64,000 nt of DNA, taken from NCBI GenBank assembly GCA_001600695.1, contig BCKQ01000013.1, forward strand, positions 351,989 to 415,988, given 5' to 3'. The stretch is from Ascoidea asiatica JCM 7603 (Eukaryota; Fungi; Ascomycota). Both the position numbers and the translations under genes were made by a program. The first letter of the stretch is position 1. Each line of letters begins with the position of its first letter. Shown in pieces: positions 60,601-64,000 of this stretch. The notes below the pieces were generated by a model, which saw nothing but the letters and a program-made list of their open reading frames with translations, was not told where the DNA came from and made no database searches.

Positions 60601-61045
60601 TACTAGTTTCAAATATTCATTTGTTTTCAATATAGTTATGTATTTAATTTTCTGCTATGAAGCCCTTTTATTTATTGTATAAGTTATTTTTTTGTTCAAT
60701 ATTAAATTTCCGTGATTCTTAATCTTAGCGATTTTTCAACGCGTTCTTTTAGGTAAATATTTCTTTTAGTCTATCTTATTTAAAACATAGGCCTGTAAGA
60801 AACCAGAACAAGAAAGGCGATTTGTACTTGCTCATACGACCGGATGAATTAAAGAACCGCAGTGTGGTTAACCAAAATTTCCCGGTACTTTAGTAATTGA
60901 TTTAATTAGCTGAAACCCAGTTATACATGTGGATGTCATTGGGCGAGATTTATATCGACCGTGTCTCGTCCAAAAAAAAGAATTTTCAGGTTTCTGAGCG
61001 AAACACGCTCAGTTAAAAAATCGTTTCTTTCTGATCGAAGCACGC

Positions 61046-62113
61046 TCAGCTAAATGGAATTGCGTTTATCTGAGCGTGATTTGAAAAGAGCCTGTAGGTT
61101 GTTTTTAGCTGCCTAAAAGCATTTAAAATTTGGCAAGCAGGTTGTTTGAATCCAGGGTTTTTCGGAAATTTTTTTTCCTTTTGAAAATATGCAGAATTGA
61201 TCGAGCTGGTAGCTATCAAACAATACTCTCTCCTAGCCTCATCGTGCAATATCCTGGGGCAGGCTGTAAGGTGTGGGGCTTTGCACACTGTGCGCCACCG
61301 ACTTTTTTCGGTCGCTCGCAAAACCACAAACCTCGCTCGTGACTTTTCAGTCGCTAATTTCTTCGAAGAACAAGACAAGCCTAACTTATTTAATATGTAG
61401 CATAATTGATTGTTCTGTATAAGAAACGGAAACCCAATGTCGTTCATCAGATCCCCAATCCTCACCAGTGCCACATGCAGTTTCATATCCGTCCTCATGT
61501 GGAATAATAAGATTTTTCATGGAAACCTCTTTGAAATCCTTCCGGCGCATCGGTGTCACTTTACTGGGGAAAGCTTTAACCTTTTTTGTTTGTAGTTGGC
61601 ATCGGCTACCTCTAACTTGGCTTTATAGTCAATTTTTTGTTTAAGCTGTTATAACTAACGTTAGAAACAGAGAGGTGAGTTTTTTTTTTTAATGATGTTT
61701 AGCTCCTCATATTTTGTTAGTATTTTATTTTTCAAATCCCTTCATTCTCTAGCAATGCTAATTCGTTCTTCTTTTGAATATTTTACATCGACTATCTCAA
61801 AAGCAGTTAGCGACTTATCGGAACAGCGGTAAAAATAATACTTTACATGTAGCTTCACCCTCAACCAAAATTCGACGATCTACCATAACCTTGGCGACAA
61901 GATAGGGGTTACAGCTGACCAACTTTTTCAAAACAAGAGCCCAAAATCATTCTTCCCAACGCTGACAGGAATTAGAGCGCTTTGACAAAACCTTTTCAAA
62001 TCGGCAGAATAAACATACTTGGCGAAGTCATGTGACCATAATACAATAAAGTTTCCTTGCCCCACTGACAAAGGTAACACCACTTTTTTAAATGGTTCGA
62101 TTTTAAAAAACAT
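61046..62113 (-). pseudogene. Decayed ORF of unknown family, divergent from the Ulp1-like ORF
   Basis: ATG at 62113 with a frame that continues through several stops; GC-rich upstream island with TCACGTGACGCGT at about 62218. Confidence 0.35.
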
Positions 62114-63103
62114 AATATAAGTAAATTGTGAAAAGCAGATGGAAATATTAATCTACCTCTTTTATATGGGAGTTAATATGTTGAAAGACTAAATTGCATG
62201 GATTCAGCGCATATAGGTCACGTGACGCGTGACCGCAAGAGGAGCTCCTAACCTGATGCAGATATTTCTATACCTGGTAGGCCACAACACAAAGGAAAAA
62301 CTTTTTTTGTTTTTATCTTTTTTTTGTTGTCTTTGCTCCTCACACTTATCAGATTTTTCAGATGACTCGTATCCTAAATCTATCTTTGAAACTTTCGGTC
62401 GTACGTTGACAACAACGCGAGCAAACTAAGTTTGTAAGTCAAGTTTGGGAAAACGAAAATTTGATAACTGTAATAATAAAAATAATAATAATAATAACTA
62501 TCATAATACTAAATAACTGTTATACTATACAATAATCATTTAAAATATAATAGTAAGAGGAGTCTCACTAGACAATGTTCACAATGATTATAAAAATAAT
62601 AATCCTAGTTTCAGTATTTATACTTGTAAGCTTAATTAATATTGCAATATTAAATTTAACTAATACCATTAATAGTAATATTTTTAAAAGTAAAACAAAT
62701 TTCATATCTCATAAAAGCAGTATAGAATCATAGAACCACTAATTTGAAATATAATAATATTATTACACAATAATAAGCAAACTCATAAAAAGTTTTAATA
62801 TAATTAATACTAAGAATTTCTATTCTAATTTCAGAAAATAATATTCTAAAAGCTAAGGAACCACTTCGCAACCCACAAAAAAACTCTTATAAAACATTTC
62901 GTTAACAGTATTGCTCGTTACAAGTTATTATTCAAAGGAAAAAGTTAGTTGGTATTTTAGGAAACTAAATTAATAATATTACATTACATCTGTTATTAGA
63001 GAATTTGCTACTATAATTGTGTTTGTGTTCAAAAATAATATATACTTCTTTCCATTACTGCGTTGCTCTCCTCAACATAATACAATTTTGGGTTTTAAAA
63101 TGA

Positions 63104-63781
63104 TTGAACCCTACTTTGATTGAGTCTAACGGATCACGATCTGCACACCCTAATGAGGACAGCTTGTCGACTATAATTCCAAAACGTTGGCATGATGACA
63201 GTTTAGTGAATCTGTTAATTAAATATCTTCCAAGTTCAATTCCAGATACATATTGGTCAGAAGGCGCTAATGACTATTTGCTGCAACCCTTGTACTGGTG
63301 CAATAGTTTTGTTTTGTATTTGAATCCAAATATGTTTCCCTTAATTTCATCCAATGGGGTGTTAAATAAATTAACGCCGAATTTTCTAACATCGGCCAGG
63401 TGGTCTACAGAATCTGCTACTGATGATCTGCTGCAAATTGTTTTAGTTACGGCGTATTTCTACCACAACCACTGGCTCACAGTGTTCTCCCAAACTAAAG
63501 TGAATCCCAATGATTCTTCTTGTTATATTGTAGCTTCGTTATCTGGGTCAAAAAAATTAGAACCATTAGAAAAAGATCAAATGATGCTTTCATGCTTGCT
63601 CGGCTGCGCTTTTGATTCAATTAATATGAAGCAAACATTTACGGACTTTGACAGTCAAAAGAACAGTTATTATTGTGGTTATTTTGCAGCCTCATACTTC
63701 ACTGCTCTCGTTCAACTAATTCAAACAAAAACTTCAATTACTGGAACTGATGTTTTTAAAACGCGCCGACAAATATCGTAA
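63104..63781 (+). pseudogene. Ulp1-like (peptidase C48) cysteine protease relic, probably transposon-borne
   Basis: PKRWHDDSLVNLLIKYL (cf. Ulp1 PxxWLNDxII), NHWLTVF (catalytic His), YIVASLS (catalytic Asp replaced by Ala), QKNSYYCGYF (oxyanion Gln and catalytic Cys). No ATG start; flanks are frameshifted. Confidence 0.75.
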
Positions 63782-64000
63782 GATTCCATTGACACTCTAA
63801 ATGAGAGCTTCTAGAAGTTCATCGATACAGATATCATACTTCCTAAAAATAACAAGTGCTCTTCAATAGACTATGACGTCATTTCCACAATAGCAGATAT
63901 TTAAAAAAGGGAGTTGGATACAGAAAGTCATTCTAGTCAAGAACTGTGTAAGAAAAAAAAATCAATGATTCTCATGAATTGGCAGACAACCTTTAGTCCT

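Overview
AT-rich budding-yeast (Saccharomycotina) nuclear DNA. The very Asn-rich proteins and GC-rich promoter islands resemble Ascoidea-type yeasts, but the species is an inference only. The window has two compartments. (1) 1-29.5 kb is ordinary euchromatin: DOA10/SSM4 (partial), CDC26, IRR1/SCC3, an intron-containing truncated PWWP gene missed by the ORF track, a PXA1 pseudogene, a two-intron orphan with a Mei4/Rec24-like N-terminus, CKA1, a secreted aspartic protease, a Bsp1-like CPI-motif protein, RRP43, REX2, PHO91 (with a cluster of four CACGTG sites) and RDS2. (2) 29.6-64 kb has no intact conserved gene and is a nested graveyard of mobile DNA: two related hAT transposons plus a probable third, one clear and one probable piggyBac, a Ty1/copia pol relic, a gag-like relic, solo LTRs (two with target-site duplications), a transposon-type Ulp1 protease relic, and a decayed endogenous totivirus (L-A/L-BC-like) RdRp. 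The most unusual structure is in the hAT elements. The transposase gene of the best-preserved copy is bracketed by two inverted, outward-facing tRNA-like cassettes (A box, palindrome, B-box-like motif, poly-T), each about 200 bp inside a terminus, and the left cassette is positionally conserved in a diverged second copy. All motif matches were made by eye against remembered consensus sequences and need database confirmation.
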